In this document: positions 51,445 to 64,000 of the stretch, piece after piece
How the letters are laid out: every line of letters begins with the position of its first letter
Numbering within the stretch: position 1 is the stretch's first letter
Assembly: GCA_951406725.2 (NCBI GenBank)
Contig: OX597833.1
Location: 7,192,001-7,256,000, forward strand
DNA length: 64,000 bases
Direction: 5' to 3'
From: Octopus vulgaris
Lineage: Eukaryota
Made by a program: the position numbers and the translations under genes
The notes under the pieces: model-generated
The model's input: only the letters and a program-made list of their open reading frames with translations
The model's database searches: none
What the model was told of the DNA's origin: nothing

Positions 51445-51907
51445 TGTATGTATGTATGTGAGTGTGTGTGTGTTTATCGGTGTTTGCTCCCCTCACCACC
51501 GCTTGACAACCGGTGTTGGTGTGTTCACGTCCCCTTAACGGTTCGGATGTTTGATTCATACGTCATCAATCAGATGTTTATTTCTGTTTTTGATCAGTCT
51601 CTATTGAATTATTGATTTCAGATTTTGGCACAAGGCCAGCAGTGTCGGGGAGGAGGTAATTCTATTACACCAACCCCCGTTTTCAACTGGTGTTTATTTT
51701 ATCGATCCCAAAAAGAACGAAAGGCAAACTCGACCTCGATGGAATTTGAACCCAGAATGTAAAGACGGACGAAATGTTGCTAAGCATTTTGTCCGGTGTG
51801 CTGACGATTTCACATTTTTTTTTATAATTAAGATCTAAACAATCTATGAATGTAAAAGAGATAGCTGAATAACTGTAAACCCTCTTTTGGGCCACCCTGT
51901 ATGTGTG

Positions 51908-51978
<71 letters not shown>

Positions 51979-52247
51979 GTAGAAATATGTTACAAAAAAA
52001 AATATAAAATACACGTGGAAATGTAAGGGTAAAATATGAAAAATCAATGAAAATGCACATTGCAAATAAAAAAAAAGGCTATATATGACAGGTAACGACA
52101 AATATATACATTTAGATGGACTAAGGTAGTAATAAGAATCATAAAAGTCATTATTATGTGATGATTATAAGATGATAATAAAGTAAGAGAACAAAGCGAA
52201 CCATGGTTTCGGCAAAAATCTATTCATCGCTTTTCATATATATATAT

Positions 52248-52696
<449 letters not shown>

Positions 52697-52737
52697 ACAC
52701 ACAATTATATGTATGTATATATGTGAAACAGAAAGTA

Positions 52738-53603
52738 CGAGGTGCGTTCCAGAAGTTTTGAAAGATTTTTAGGAGAAGCAATTATTATTGTCCCAGACTA
52801 TTGTAATCTTAGTATATCATTACCAGGCATCTGTTAAGCTGAGCTGTGAACTTCCATTTATTCTAGATCGAAGAAGATGGCTGTAAGAGCACTTTGAACA
52901 CATCCTAACCAAACACTGCTTGTCACAGCTGACGAGTTTACAGAGCGCTGCCGGAAAGTGAAGACAAATTGGAAGATCGCTTTGCAATTCAGTTTTGTGT
53001 TAAATTGGGCAAAAACACCACAGAACCTTGGGAAATACTCCAGGCTGTTTATGGGATAAGTGGTGTGAGCCAAGCAGTTGCTTTTTACTGGCGCAAAAGG
53101 ACAAGGAAAGCAGGTCCACCGGGGAACTCATGATGATCCCCTTTTTCGATGGCAAGGGTATCATCCGCACCCACTGGGTTCCCTCTGGCCAGACGGTCAT
53201 CAAAGAGTACTTTGAGGAGGTTTTCAGGGAGTTCAGGAAGAGAATTCGTTGCAAAGGGTCAGAGCTCTACCATCAGCAGGTGTCACTTGCATCCGTCCAC
53301 AATTACATCCAGGCAATCAACAATTTCAGAGAGATGGACATCAAAACTGTCTCCCATCCTCACTACAGACCAGTGACTCTTGGTTGTTTCCCAGCCTGAA
53401 AGAAAGGATGAAGGAGGCCGTGACGAAGGACCTGGACACCATCACTTTGGAGAGCTTCCATGGGGCCTTCGCGAAATGGCAGGAGCGCTGCAACAAATAG
53501 ATTGAAGTCAGAAGATGTTACTTTGGAGGAGACAGGAGTTTTGTACTTCTTTGAAATTAATGTCTCTCCTGAAAAAGTCTGGAAACTTCTAGAATGCACC
53601 CTG
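52738..53603 (+). mobile_element. internally deleted mariner transposon relic
   Basis: Imperfect TIRs cgaggtgcgttccagaagttt / aaacttctagaatgcaccctg with TA flanks; fragments AIQFCVKLGK, MMIPFFDGKGIIRTHWVPSGQTV.KEYF.EV, WLFPSLKE, FHGAFAKWQERCNK. Confidence 0.88.
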
Positions 53604-54423
53604 TATACCGTGTTACTAACCATATGACATAGAATTTTGCTTTGAGAAGTAACAAATTGGTTACCCAAGAGATTTTACATGTCTCTGTGGACAGAAAAAT
53701 CCACCTGACTCACTTTTAGACTCATTCAACTCTTATTAGAGAAAGATTACTCGTCATCACCAAATAGAGAGATTTGAGATTTATCATATCTCCCTCTCTC
53801 TCTCTCTTTCTCTCTCTCTCTTTCTTCCCCTCTCTCTCTGTACATATGTACATATGTATATATACATACATACATACATACATACACAAACACACACATA
53901 CGCACATACTTCATATGAACGCACACACGCATATGCCACATTATTGAAGGCTGCAATATTACAATGTCGGACCACGACACAATGCAGCGTTGCATTCTGG
54001 GACTGGTGCAAAGATTTGGCTTTGCTTTTGCAGAACTTAAACTATTGCAGCCTTGGAATATGGCTGTGGCCCTTCGGAAAGTGTGGGTGGGGCCTACGTT
54101 ATTACACCTAAGGAGGTGTTACCCTTTCTGATAACCCAGAGCCCCTACCAATCCATACGATATGCTCAACCACTTGTCTCAGAGATAGGGAGAAAAAGGG
54201 ATTCAGTTCTCCCCCTCTCTCTCTCTCTCCCTCTGACCACCACCACTAGAGTCCCTCCTCCCTCTCATTTGCTGGTTGTATATACACCCAGTTTTGTATA
54301 AACTGGTAGGTTTCTCTCTCCTCTCCGTCATTCATGCATTGTCTCTCCAACATCTGGTGTCCTCTTCAAGCTTATCCAGCCATCCGTTCGTCTGCTTATC
54401 TATCCATCTACCTCTCTCTCTCT

Positions 54424-54424
<1 letters not shown>

Positions 54425-54507
<83 letters not shown>

Positions 54508-54830
54508 ATACATATATATATATTATATGTATATGTATATGTATGTGTGTATGTCTCTATCTGTCTGTCTGTCTATTTGTCTATCTGTCTATCTGTCTGT
54601 CTGTCGGTCTGTCTGTCTGTCTGTCTATTTGTCTGTCTGTCTGTCTATCTATCTATCTGTCTATCTAATTGTTTATCAACAAATTTTTCCATCCATCCAC
54701 CCACCAATCCATCCATCCACCCATCAACCCACCCATCCATCCATCCAGCTATCCATCTACCTATCTATCTGTGTTTATGTGCGCGCGCGCATATGTTTGT
54801 GTGTGTGTTTGTGCGCACGCACACACACAC

Positions 54831-54863
<33 letters not shown>

Positions 54864-55220
54864 CATTGTTCGCAAACTCGTTAGTCAGCTGTCTGTCCGT
54901 CTTTCTCGTATATTAAACACATAAACACATCTATACAACACATCTACACATCTACACACTCATATACATACACCAATTCGTAAACACATACACACACACC
55001 TAAACGCATTCCTGAATAAATTTAGTTCACTTCTGCCTGACAGGTATGTGTGCACAGGCGCACACATGCACACATGCACACACACACACACGCACGTACA
55101 TACGCACGTACGCACTCACATACGTAGTATACATACATGTGCATACGCAATGTTTTGCCTTCCTAATACTGCAAATGTTTGCATGCACATGCATATGCGA
55201 ACAGTGCTTCATGTGTGTGT

Positions 55221-55251
<31 letters not shown>

Positions 55252-55638
55252 AGTGTGTGTGTGTGTGTGTGAGTAGTGCTGTATGTGTGCGTGTTTGCAC
55301 TCCCCGCATGTAAGCTGTCAGAATTCACGTCTTCACATGAATATAAATAGATAAGAGCAGAGAGATGCTATGAAGATATATCCTTATGCGTATGTACGGT
55401 GTGTGTATGAATGCATGCATGTGTGTGTGTGTGTATACATACATACCACACATGTACACACAGAAGCATGTATGTAGAGCGGATAGATAGATAGATCGAT
55501 AGATAGATAGATTGATAGATAGATAGACAGATAGATAGATCGAGAGATAGATCGATAGATAGATAGATAAATAAATAGATAGATAGATAGATAGATAGAT
55601 AGATCGAGAGATAGATCGATAGATAGATAGATAAATAA

Positions 55639-55719
<81 letters not shown>

Positions 55720-55756
55720 TAGATAGATAGACAGACAGACAGATAGATAGATAGAC

Positions 55757-55831
<75 letters not shown>

Positions 55832-55852
55832 CTGACAGACAGACAAATAGAT
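54425..55852. repeat. (TCTA)n at 54425-54770 and (GATA)n at 55482-55852
   Basis: Directly visible; the two arrays are in opposite orientation. Confidence 0.9.
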
Positions 55853-55854
55853 AT

Positions 55855-56296
55855 GTTTCTTTATTGGCCACGCAGGGCTGAACACAGAGGGGAGAAAATA
55901 TAAAGTAGAGCTTTTCTTTTTGGGAAGAAGAGAAAAAAAGTGGGTCGAATTTCGATCAAAAGGGATCGTGGAAAAAAAAAGAAAAAGAAAGGCCGATCAA
56001 TAGGGATCGTGTATCACAGAAATGTCAATGTAAAAGGGGAAAACAGATTAGGTTTATCCATGGAAAGAAAAGCCTACGGGAAAGACCACGGTAACCTTGG
56101 GCAATAATGTCATGCAAAAGACCACATTACCGTAAGTGGCTCTCTTTTTCCTTTCTTTCTTTTGGTTCATAGGATTATGCTCAAGGTGGCTCCGTCATTC
56201 ACACGTGCCATCCTTGCTACATTCACCCATCCTTTTTTCAAACGTTCACTAGAGAAAACTTCCCTCTCCATTCTCATCTTCTTCTTCAAGTGATAC
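55855..56296 (-). mobile_element. LINE 3' end, possibly L1/Tx1-like
   Basis: - strand YHLKKKMRMEREVFSSERLKKGWVNVARMARVNDGATLSIIL* then about 300-nt UTR ending AATAAAGAAAC into (ATCT)n. Confidence 0.55.
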
Positions 56297-56879
56297 TTTT
56301 GTTACGTTTTTACTTGTTCAGTCATTTGACTGCGGCCATTCTGGAGTACTGTGCTGTATGGTTACTCGAACCAATCAAGCCGAGTGCTTGTTTTAAATCT
56401 AGTATTTATTCCATCGGTCTCTATTGCTGGTAAATTACAGGACATAAGGAAACCAACACCGGTTTTCAAGCGAGACTATAGTTGAAGATATTTGCTCAAG
56501 GTACTGTGCAGTGGGACTGAACCTGAGAACACATGGTTGCAAAGAGAACCTCTTAGCCACACAGTAATACCTGTGCCTACTTTTTTACTTTTCCACTGAA
56601 TTATTGCAATCAAACAATTCTATGATTTTTAAGTAAAAATGTCAGAGATAAAGAAAAAAATTAAACACCTACAAAAATAATAGCAGTTCTTCATTGCTTA
56701 AAGGTCGGCGATAATCTCTTCAGGCTGTTCTCCCTTCAGGCGGCACTCCCTTCAAACGGTAATCTCTTCGGGCTGTTCTCTCTTTAGGCGGCACTTCCTT
56801 CAGGTGGATGTTAGAGTATTCTCTGTTACTAAATACCTTGAATCTAGTAAAAAAAAATTGTCAACTAACGAGATAACAT

Positions 56880-57267
56880 GGGGAAGCACTCCGTCGGTTA
56901 CGACGACGAGGGTTCCAGTTGATCCGAATCAACGGAACAGCCTGCTCGTGAAATTAACGTGTAAGTGGCTGAGCACTCCACAGACACGTGCACCCTTAAC
57001 GTAGTTGTCGGGGATATTCAGCGTGACACAGAGAGTGACAAGGCCGGCCCCTTGAAATACAGGTACAACAGAAACAGGAAGTAAGAGTGAGAGAAAGTTG
57101 TGGTGAAAGAGTACAGCAGGGATCACCACCACCATCCCTGCCGGAGCCTTGTGGAGCTTTTAGGTGTTTTTGCTCAATAAACACTCACAACGCCCGGTCT
57201 GGGAATCGAAACCGCGATCCTACGACCGCGAGTCCGCTGCCCTAACCACTGGGCCATTGCGCCTCCG
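56880..57267 (-). mobile_element. SINE family B, full length, with 14-bp TSD
   Basis: TSD taacgagataacat at 56866-56879 and 57268-57281. Confidence 0.92.
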
Positions 57268-57281
57268 TAACGAGATAACAT

Positions 57282-57560
57282 AGAAGTAGTAGAAGCCTTG
57301 GTTGACATATCCCATCAAACCTGAAGTCTTTAAATGAGGGTTTTAAACTACTTCAATGAAGCTTTTCTGATTGTGAACGAGGCTTTGATAGAATGGACGT
57401 TAATCGTGGCGGAAACGAGGTCTCAACTATCAAACAGATTTTAAAAAATGCGAGTTAATTTATGTAACTTTATGGTTTCCAGTTCTAGTCTGGAATTCAG
57501 ACAGCTATGTACAAAAATGGCTGAAGCATCAGCATTCAGCAATCTATACGGCAGCAGGAA
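57282..57560 (+). mobile_element. hAT-like transposase C-terminal relic
   Basis: CERGFDRM...IVAETRSQL...WNSDSYVQKWLKHQHSA with frameshifts, resembling the hAT dimerisation-domain motif (CERxFS). Confidence 0.5.
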
Positions 57561-58599
57561 TAACGAAATCCAAGATTCTTGCTGAAAGGCGATGTTCTGT
57601 TAAAAATTTCTTCAAGTTGAAAAGTTCAAGGTAAACCTAAATAAATTATTTTAAATTGTATTTAATGAATATTTAATGAACGGTGCAGCTTAAGACGGTG
57701 GGGAATCAAGATTGGTTAAACAACATCGTTATGAACTGGAGGAAGGGTGATATAATAAAATGTCACGCACATGTTTAGTGCCGAGTAGGGATCCAAGAAG
57801 TCAGGTTGTCTGTCATGAAACTTCTCTGACACTATGGAACTTGTTGTTACCCAAATTGGAACAGATGGACGAGACATATGCAAAAGACACCAATGCATTG
57901 ATATGCCCCCCCCCCCCGGGGGTGGTGTCGTCCCCTTCACTTCTCCGTCACCCCACCTCCCAAATTAGTCATATTTCAAAACAATTTTCCTGGTATCTTT
58001 TAGCGATTTCTGAACCACAGCTCCATAGGTTCGCATCACACACCAGTACACGCTTAACACTTTCAAAATATGCTTTATTTTATCAGCAGTGTCCCGGTCG
58101 CTGTAGAGTTTCTGCTGCCTTTACTGAGATAGAACTAGAAAAGAAACTCGCCTTGCTTATCCGTTGTGTAACCTTGCTAAGACACGCTGATTAATTTCAA
58201 AGGAATGAGGAGGCTTCCAAGAATGCCAAAAGGATGGTTCGGAAACAAATCTCTTTACCACTTCAAATTTATTTAAGGATTTTTACTTAAGTTTTTGCAC
58301 ATCTGTGCTAATTTGCAAATTTGCTAAATTAAGCAGGGACGAAGAGATTTTCCTTTGGCATCTTTGATTCGCCATACAGGACCGTCAAAGGAACCCCGGA
58401 ATATGTGTAGGGAAGGACACATCCACTCATCCAATCCACTTCCTTTTGATAAACTTGCCGCAGCTCTGTTCATTGCTACTTAATTAGCTAACCCTTAGAT
58501 CTAGGGTCCAATTCACCATATCTAAGAAGCGCTCAATGAAATCGGGTAAATTAAAAAAAAAGAACAAAACAAAAAAAAAACTGGCAGTTTTTATGTCTT

Positions 58600-59044
58600 T
58601 ACTTAATTACGATACCAAAACAAATAGATTTATTAATCTTACTCAAAAAATCATTGAAATTTTTCAACATGGGCTCCGTCTGATTCGGTGCAGATATTAA
58701 ATCTCTCCTTAGCATTGTGAAACATATTTTGAAGTATTTCGGGAGCTGTCTCTTGCACTGCCAACCGAATGTGTTCTTCAAAACCAGCTAAACTATCGCT
58801 GCATCCTGGGGCTGGAGGAAGAGAAAATGATTGCAGCCAGATTGAAAAAAAGCTGTCGCAGACAGATAAGCGAGATCCAATAGGAATGAAAATAAAGTTA
58901 TTTAAAAAACTACAAAGTTATGAACAAAATTAAAATTCAGTACACTTTTAACACAGACTAAACAGGATAAACAAATAAAAGTCAGCTTTTTTAAAAAAAT
59001 TGTCCAATTTCAATGAAATATGTAATTAATTCTGGGTCTCCCTG
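58600..59044 (-). mobile_element. Tc1/mariner-superfamily fragment
   Basis: - strand EHIRLAVQETAPEILQNMFHNAKERFNICTESDGAHVE resembles a Tc1/mariner C-terminus; ta-cagggagacccag end near 59044; other end not found. Confidence 0.45.
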
Positions 59045-59105
59045 TATAACCGAAACTATAGGCTAGCACAACGTTATCAAGGCAATTCACAATATATATG
59101 TGCAG

Positions 59106-59462
59106 AAGGCGGCGAGCTGGCAGAATTGTTAGCACGCCGGGCGAAATGCTTAGTGGCATTTCGTCTATCTTTATGTTCTGAGTTCAAATTCCGCCGAGGT
59201 CGACTTTGCATTTCATCATTTCGGGTTCGATATAATCGACTTAATCTGCTTGTCTGTCTTTGTTTGTCCTCTCTGTGTTTAGCCCCTTGTGGGTAGTAAA
59301 GAAATAGGTATTTCGTCTGCCGCTACGTTCTGAGTTCAAATTCCGCCGAGGTCGACTTTGCCTTTCATCCTTTCGGGGTCGATAAATTAAGTACCAGTTG
59401 TGCACTGGGGTCGATCTAATCGACTCCCCCAAAATTTCGTGTCATGTGCCTAGAGTAGAAAA
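59106..59462 (+). mobile_element. SINE family C, tandem/dimeric copy
   Basis: One copy to about 59306, then a restart at ggtatttcgtctgccg with a different tail. Confidence 0.8.
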
Positions 59463-59489
59463 GCTTATATATATATATATATATATATA

Positions 59490-59924
59490 TTTAGTGAGGG
59501 AAGAAATGGAGCTGGACGAAGATTTTACAAAATTCTTAAAACAATTCGAATATTAACACTAGTTATACAGAATATATTCAAACTCTTTGGTTTTCTGTAA
59601 TTCTTCCCCTTCCCAATGTTAACCGGGTGTTGACCCCGAATTATCTCAACGGACTTTTTCGTCTGCTTTCACCCACCCTGACGTCAACGCATATTGAGAG
59701 ACAGTTTTGTGCCATTTATGGGCTCCTAGAGAGCGTTTGTCGAAAAGCTTGCTGCGCATTTGTTTGGAGATTTAAGTTCCTAGATTTTCCTGAAGAGAAA
59801 GCTGCAAAATGGTCTCCTTATTCAATCCGAATTAGGGACTTTGCAGCCTTTGAAACATATGTAGAAAATAATAAAAAGGAATTTTGTAAAATCTTCGTCC
59901 AGCTCCATTTCTTCCCTCACTAAA
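59490..59924 (+). mobile_element. 435-bp hammerhead-bearing element with perfect 46-bp terminal inverted repeats (Penelope-like/retrozyme-like, non-autonomous)
   Basis: 59490-59535 is the exact reverse complement of 59879-59924; TA-repeat flanks; contains the canonical hammerhead at 59784-59869. Confidence 0.7.
59784..59869 (+). ncRNA. type I hammerhead ribozyme motif, canonical core
   Basis: Stem I ATTTTC/GAAAAT; CTGAAGA (59790-59796); long stem II GAAAGCTGCAAA...TTTGCAGCCTTT; GAAA (59852-59855); C-ATAT-G helix III with palindromic tetraloop; GTA triplet (cleavage predicted after 59863). Confidence 0.85.
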
Positions 59925-60074
59925 TATATAAAACTTCAATCATCGCACTAAGGCACGGTTGCGATACCCCAACCGTGATTTTTCTGTTGTGATTTTTGCT
60001 ACCCAGGTATCGGTTATAATTTGAATAATCCGTAACAAGATAATTCATTCATCCATTTCAATAAAATATATATA

Positions 60075-60195
<121 letters not shown>

Positions 60196-60616
60196 GTGTG
60201 TGTGAATGCATGGCCAAGTGGTTACGTTGTTGTACACATGAGAGCGAGTTCGTGATTTCAATTCCTGGACTGGGTGGTGAAACTCTTCATCTCACTTTGT
60301 CTCACGACTACTTTGCCACATAACGTGTGGTACAACGTTCACCTGTGCAGGTAATGGCGATTTGATTGAGCGAGCGAGGTAATGTACAACACAAACATTT
60401 GATCACTAGAAGCAAATCAATTCTTCAGGTCGTTCCGTAAAGAAATTGCAGAAACATCTTTCTTGGACCACTAAGGACTGCTCTCATAATCCTATGTGTA
60501 TATAGGTGTGGTGGACACAGGGCTCGTGGGGTCGCAACTAAAACCTGTTCTCCTGCCTCATTTCATGTTTGTCATTTTTTTTTGTGAACTGTTTTACCAT
60601 TCGTATTATCATTAGA

Positions 60617-60911
60617 CTAGCAGTATCGCCCGGCGTTGCTCGGGTTTGTAAGGGAAATAACTATATAAGCATTTTTAGAGAGTTATAGCCAAAAAATAGC
60701 AAAAAATGCATTAAAAATGGAAAAAAAATGATGGTAAATTTTTTAAAAATCGTAGACTCATCGTAGACGCGCGCTAATACCCAGAAGGGCTCGATATGAA
60801 TCACGACTATAAGATACTCGCTTTTGGTTACACTGCACTGCAAAATGTGGGAGTAGTTAGGAATCTAAATCGTAGGAGACAGACACACAACTTGACTTTT
60901 ATATATAAAGA
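60617..60911 (-). mobile_element. non-autonomous Helitron
   Basis: On - strand starts TCTTTATATATAAAAG, ends with hairpin CCCG-AGCAACGC-CGGG then CTAG, and sits between A and T with no TSD. Confidence 0.88.
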
Positions 60912-61618
60912 TTTCATAAATCCTTAAATCCTTAAAAATGTTTTAGCCCGAAGGCCGCGGCCATCCTGGGGCACCACCGCTAGTTTTTCATAGTAAATTT
61001 CTAAACTCATTTTGTGTGCGTGACCCCAATTCGGGCTGTATTGTCCCCTCTATGCTGGCCCCGTGTGGGCAATAAAGAAACCAGGTGTATATGTATAAAT
61101 GCATGGATGAATATATTCATTGAAACAAACCAGGCATTGTGCAACCATCTATATTTCCCCACCATCCATCCATCCAACAGTGAATTTGTTTGAAACAGAA
61201 GACATTGCAAACCCACCAGCCAGACCATCCAACTCGCAGATCGTTCCCATGGTGATACAGCGAACCAATTGCCGTAGATATGCTTTACAGCTACCTGAGG
61301 TATTTATAGATCTACCTACACGGAGGCTTGGGTAGGATTGCTGCTGCCACCGTGTACTTAGCTTCGCTTGGAACTGATGATGTTGCTGTTGTGGTTGTTG
61401 TGGTTACCGGCGGTGGCAGTGGCGGTGGTGGTACTGCGAAACTTTTCTCTTGGGTTACTTTCATCTAAAATAAAGAAAAAACCCAAATTCCAATCAAACA
61501 AATGTACAAAGAAAGGTTAATTACACACACATGCGCGCGCACACACACATATTCTAAGTGTATATCTATAACACACACACACACACACACACACACATAT
61601 TCTAAGTGTATATCTATA

Positions 61619-61657
<39 letters not shown>

Positions 61658-61716
61658 CATATGTATGTATATATATATAGTGTGTGTGTATATATATATG
61701 TTTTATATAAAGGTTA

Positions 61717-61781
<65 letters not shown>

Positions 61782-61798
61782 TTTATATAAAGGTTAAT

Positions 61799-61843
<45 letters not shown>

Positions 61844-62346
61844 GTATACCGTTTCTCGGCTCAGTAGTTAGAGCGTCGAGCTTACAATGGTGAGGTTGTG
61901 AGTTCAAATCCCGGACCGGGCTGCGTGTTGTGTTCTTGAGCAAGACACTTTATTTCACGTTGCTCCAGTTCATTCACCTGTAGAAATGAGTTGTGACGTC
62001 AAAGGTTCTAAGCTGTATCGGGCCCTTTGCCTTTCCCTTGGCTAACACTGGTGGCGTGGAGAGGATACTGTTTCTTAAATCCGAAAACATCTTAACAAAC
62101 TGTATTCGGTTTCGCGTTACCGTTCGTCGGACTGTTGTGATGAATACTGAATTAAAACCGCGATGGTACACGTAATGTAATGTAATACGATGTTGGTATT
62201 ACAAATGTAATGACTACCTTGTATTACACCATATTATATTGCATCATGTACAATCACAATTGTAATAACTGTCCTTGTTTTGCGATTATGTGCTAACTTG
62301 TATATGTGTGTACGTGTGTCTGAGTATATATATATATATATTTAGT

Positions 62347-62721
62347 GGAGGCGCAATGGCCCAGTGGTTAGGGCAGCAGACTCGCGGTTGTAGGATCGCG
62401 GTTTCGATTCCCAGACAGGGCGTTGTGAGTGTTTATTGAGCGAAAACACCTAAAGCTCCACGAGGCTCCGGCAGGGGATGGTGGTGATCCTTGCTGTACT
62501 CTTTCACCACAACTTTCTCTCACTCTTTCTTCCTGTTTCTGTTGTACCTGTATTTCAAGGGGCCGGCCTTGTCACTCTCTGTGTCACGCTGAATATCCCC
62601 GACAACTACGTTAAGGGTACACGTGTCTGTGGAGTGCTCAGCCACATGCACGTTAATTTCACGAGCAGGCTGTTCTGTTGATCGGATCAACCGGAACCCT
62701 CGTCGTCGTAACCGAAGGAGT
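62347..62721 (+). mobile_element. SINE family B, full length
   Basis: Near-identical to the reverse complement of 56880-57267. Confidence 0.9.
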
Positions 62722-62740
62722 TCATTAATTAAATATTTAT

Positions 62741-62937
62741 GTGACCTCGTGTGTACCGTTGGCGATTTTTTTCCTTCTGTCTTCCCTTCTCTGGATCTTT
62801 CCTTCTCCTATGTTTCCGACGAAGAGCTCCGCTCGAAACGTTAAACCCTCCTTCTTTCCTGAACGTCCAATAATACTATATTTGTTCCACGTCCTCGCGT
62901 TGTTGTGTTTTTTTGTGCTTTCTTGTTTGGATTAACT
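62741..62937 (+). mobile_element. short hammerhead-like-motif element, diverged subfamily
   Basis: Same layout as 51215-51412 (pyrimidine tract, core, ttcctga..taatac..ttccac) but diverged; ends in (TA)n. Confidence 0.55.
62812..62846 (+). ncRNA. minimal hammerhead-like motif, variant core CCGACGA
   Basis: GTTT CCGACGA A GAGC-TCC-GCTC GAAA CG TT AAAC. Confidence 0.55.
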
Positions 62938-63035
62938 ATATATATATATGTATACACACACACATTTGATAGTATATCGTATGATATACACCTGGTAGCT
63001 TACCTGTAAAGCACGTTCACAGAGTGTTCGTTGGG

Positions 63036-63291
63036 TATTTGGTTAATGAGAGACGGAAGATGGAAGATACGAGAATGTTTATTAATTACTAGTATCGATC
63101 CCTCAAGGGTAAGATCTCTAAAAACTGATTTAGGAGTATCCGACGGTGTAGATGTGTCTCTTCGGATACTTCTAAGCCAGTTGTTAGGCATTCCACCTGC
63201 GAGGGATCGATGGTAGATCGGTCGAAACAGTTGTAGTGATTAATAAACATTCTGGTATCTTCTATTTTCCGTCTCACTCATTAATCAAATA
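63036..63291 (+). repeat. about 255-bp imperfect palindrome (rod-like) with a degenerate hammerhead at 63194-63238
   Basis: Nested inverted segments: 55-nt outer arms, atcgatccctc/gagggatcgat, ttaggagtatccga/tcggatacttctaa. Confidence 0.8.
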
Positions 63292-63335
63292 TATAATATA
63301 TGCATTTATATTACTATTACTATTATTATTATTAC

Positions 63336-63403
<68 letters not shown>

Positions 63404-63405
<2 letters not shown>

Positions 63406-63601
63406 GGCAGAAACGTTAGCACACTGGGCGAAATGTGTAGCCGTATTTCGTCTGCCGTTACGTTCTGAGTTCAAATTCCGCCGAGGTCGACTTTGCCTTT
63501 CATCGTTTCGGGGTCGATAAATTAAGTACCAGTTACGCACTGGAGTCGATATCTGTCCTTGTTTGTCCCCTCTGTGTTTGGCCCCTTGGGGGTAGTAAAG
63601 A

Positions 63602-63604
<3 letters not shown>
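63404..63604 (+). mobile_element. SINE family C
   Basis: Between (TTA)n and (TAA)n arrays. Confidence 0.85.
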
Positions 63605-63643
<39 letters not shown>

Positions 63644-63785
63644 TATTATTATTATTATTTGCCCTTTTCTCTGATTCACCTGCATACATGCACTCGCACA
63701 TAAATGCTTGTGAGTATACATACATATATATATGTGTGTGTGCTCGCGCTCGTAATGTATGTATCTCCACATACAGACGTAGATA

Positions 63786-64000
63786 TATTTCTTTACTACC
63801 CAAAAGGGGCTAAACATAGAGGGGACAAACAAGGACAGACAAACGGATTAAGTCGATTACATCGACCCCAGTGCATAACTGGTACTTAATTTCTCGACCC
63901 CGAAAGGATGAAAGGCAAAGTCGACCTCGGCGGAATTTGAACCCAGAACGTAGCGGCAGACGAAATACGGCTACACATTTCGCCCGGTGTGCTAACGTTT
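63786..64000 (-). mobile_element. SINE family C, runs off the window end
   Basis: Reverse complement of the family C consensus seen at 23583 and 47428. Confidence 0.85.

Noticed and set aside
57760-58540. 144-aa ORF and a faint DGPVW transposase-like string on the - strand
   Set aside because: No recognisable domain or splice structure; probably decayed transposon sequence, but not assignable
62347-62420. tRNA-like sequences (also 17099, 52500-52578, 57195-57267, 61858)
   Set aside because: They are SINE heads with A/B boxes continuing into repeat bodies; no clean acceptor stem, so not called as tRNA genes
62700-62720. cgtcgtaaccga(c)gg at the end of SINE B, resembling CCGACGA
   Set aside because: Simple 3' terminal stem-loop of the SINE tail with no GAAA strand

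Overview
Eukaryotic, AT-rich, microsatellite-dense DNA. The SINE repertoire and repeat landscape suggest a cephalopod (octopus), which is an inference. Positions 255-35748 (+) hold the last 14 coding exons of a STRIP1/2 (FAM40, STRIPAK complex) orthologue. All 13 introns are GT-AG and phase-compatible. The 5' part of the gene lies upstream of the window. The remainder is intronic or intergenic: at least five SINE-like families, 3' fragments of CR1, RTE, R4/Dong-like and L1/Tx1-like LINEs, mariner, piggyBac-type and Helitron non-autonomous elements, and mini/microsatellites. Almost all ORFs in the supplied track are repeat artefacts. The most notable signal is a set of about a dozen short elements (150-450 bp), most flanked by (TA)n and many folded back on themselves, that carry type-I hammerhead ribozyme motifs. 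Three have a canonical core (10147-10229 -, 10530-10620 +, 59784-59869 +). Others have recurrent variant cores (CCGACGA, CUGUNGA) and sequence-divergent but still paired stems. They resemble Penelope-type/retrozyme non-autonomous retroelements. Several long hairpins also show a strand-specific G-U bias. All structures were read by eye; none was computed or tested.
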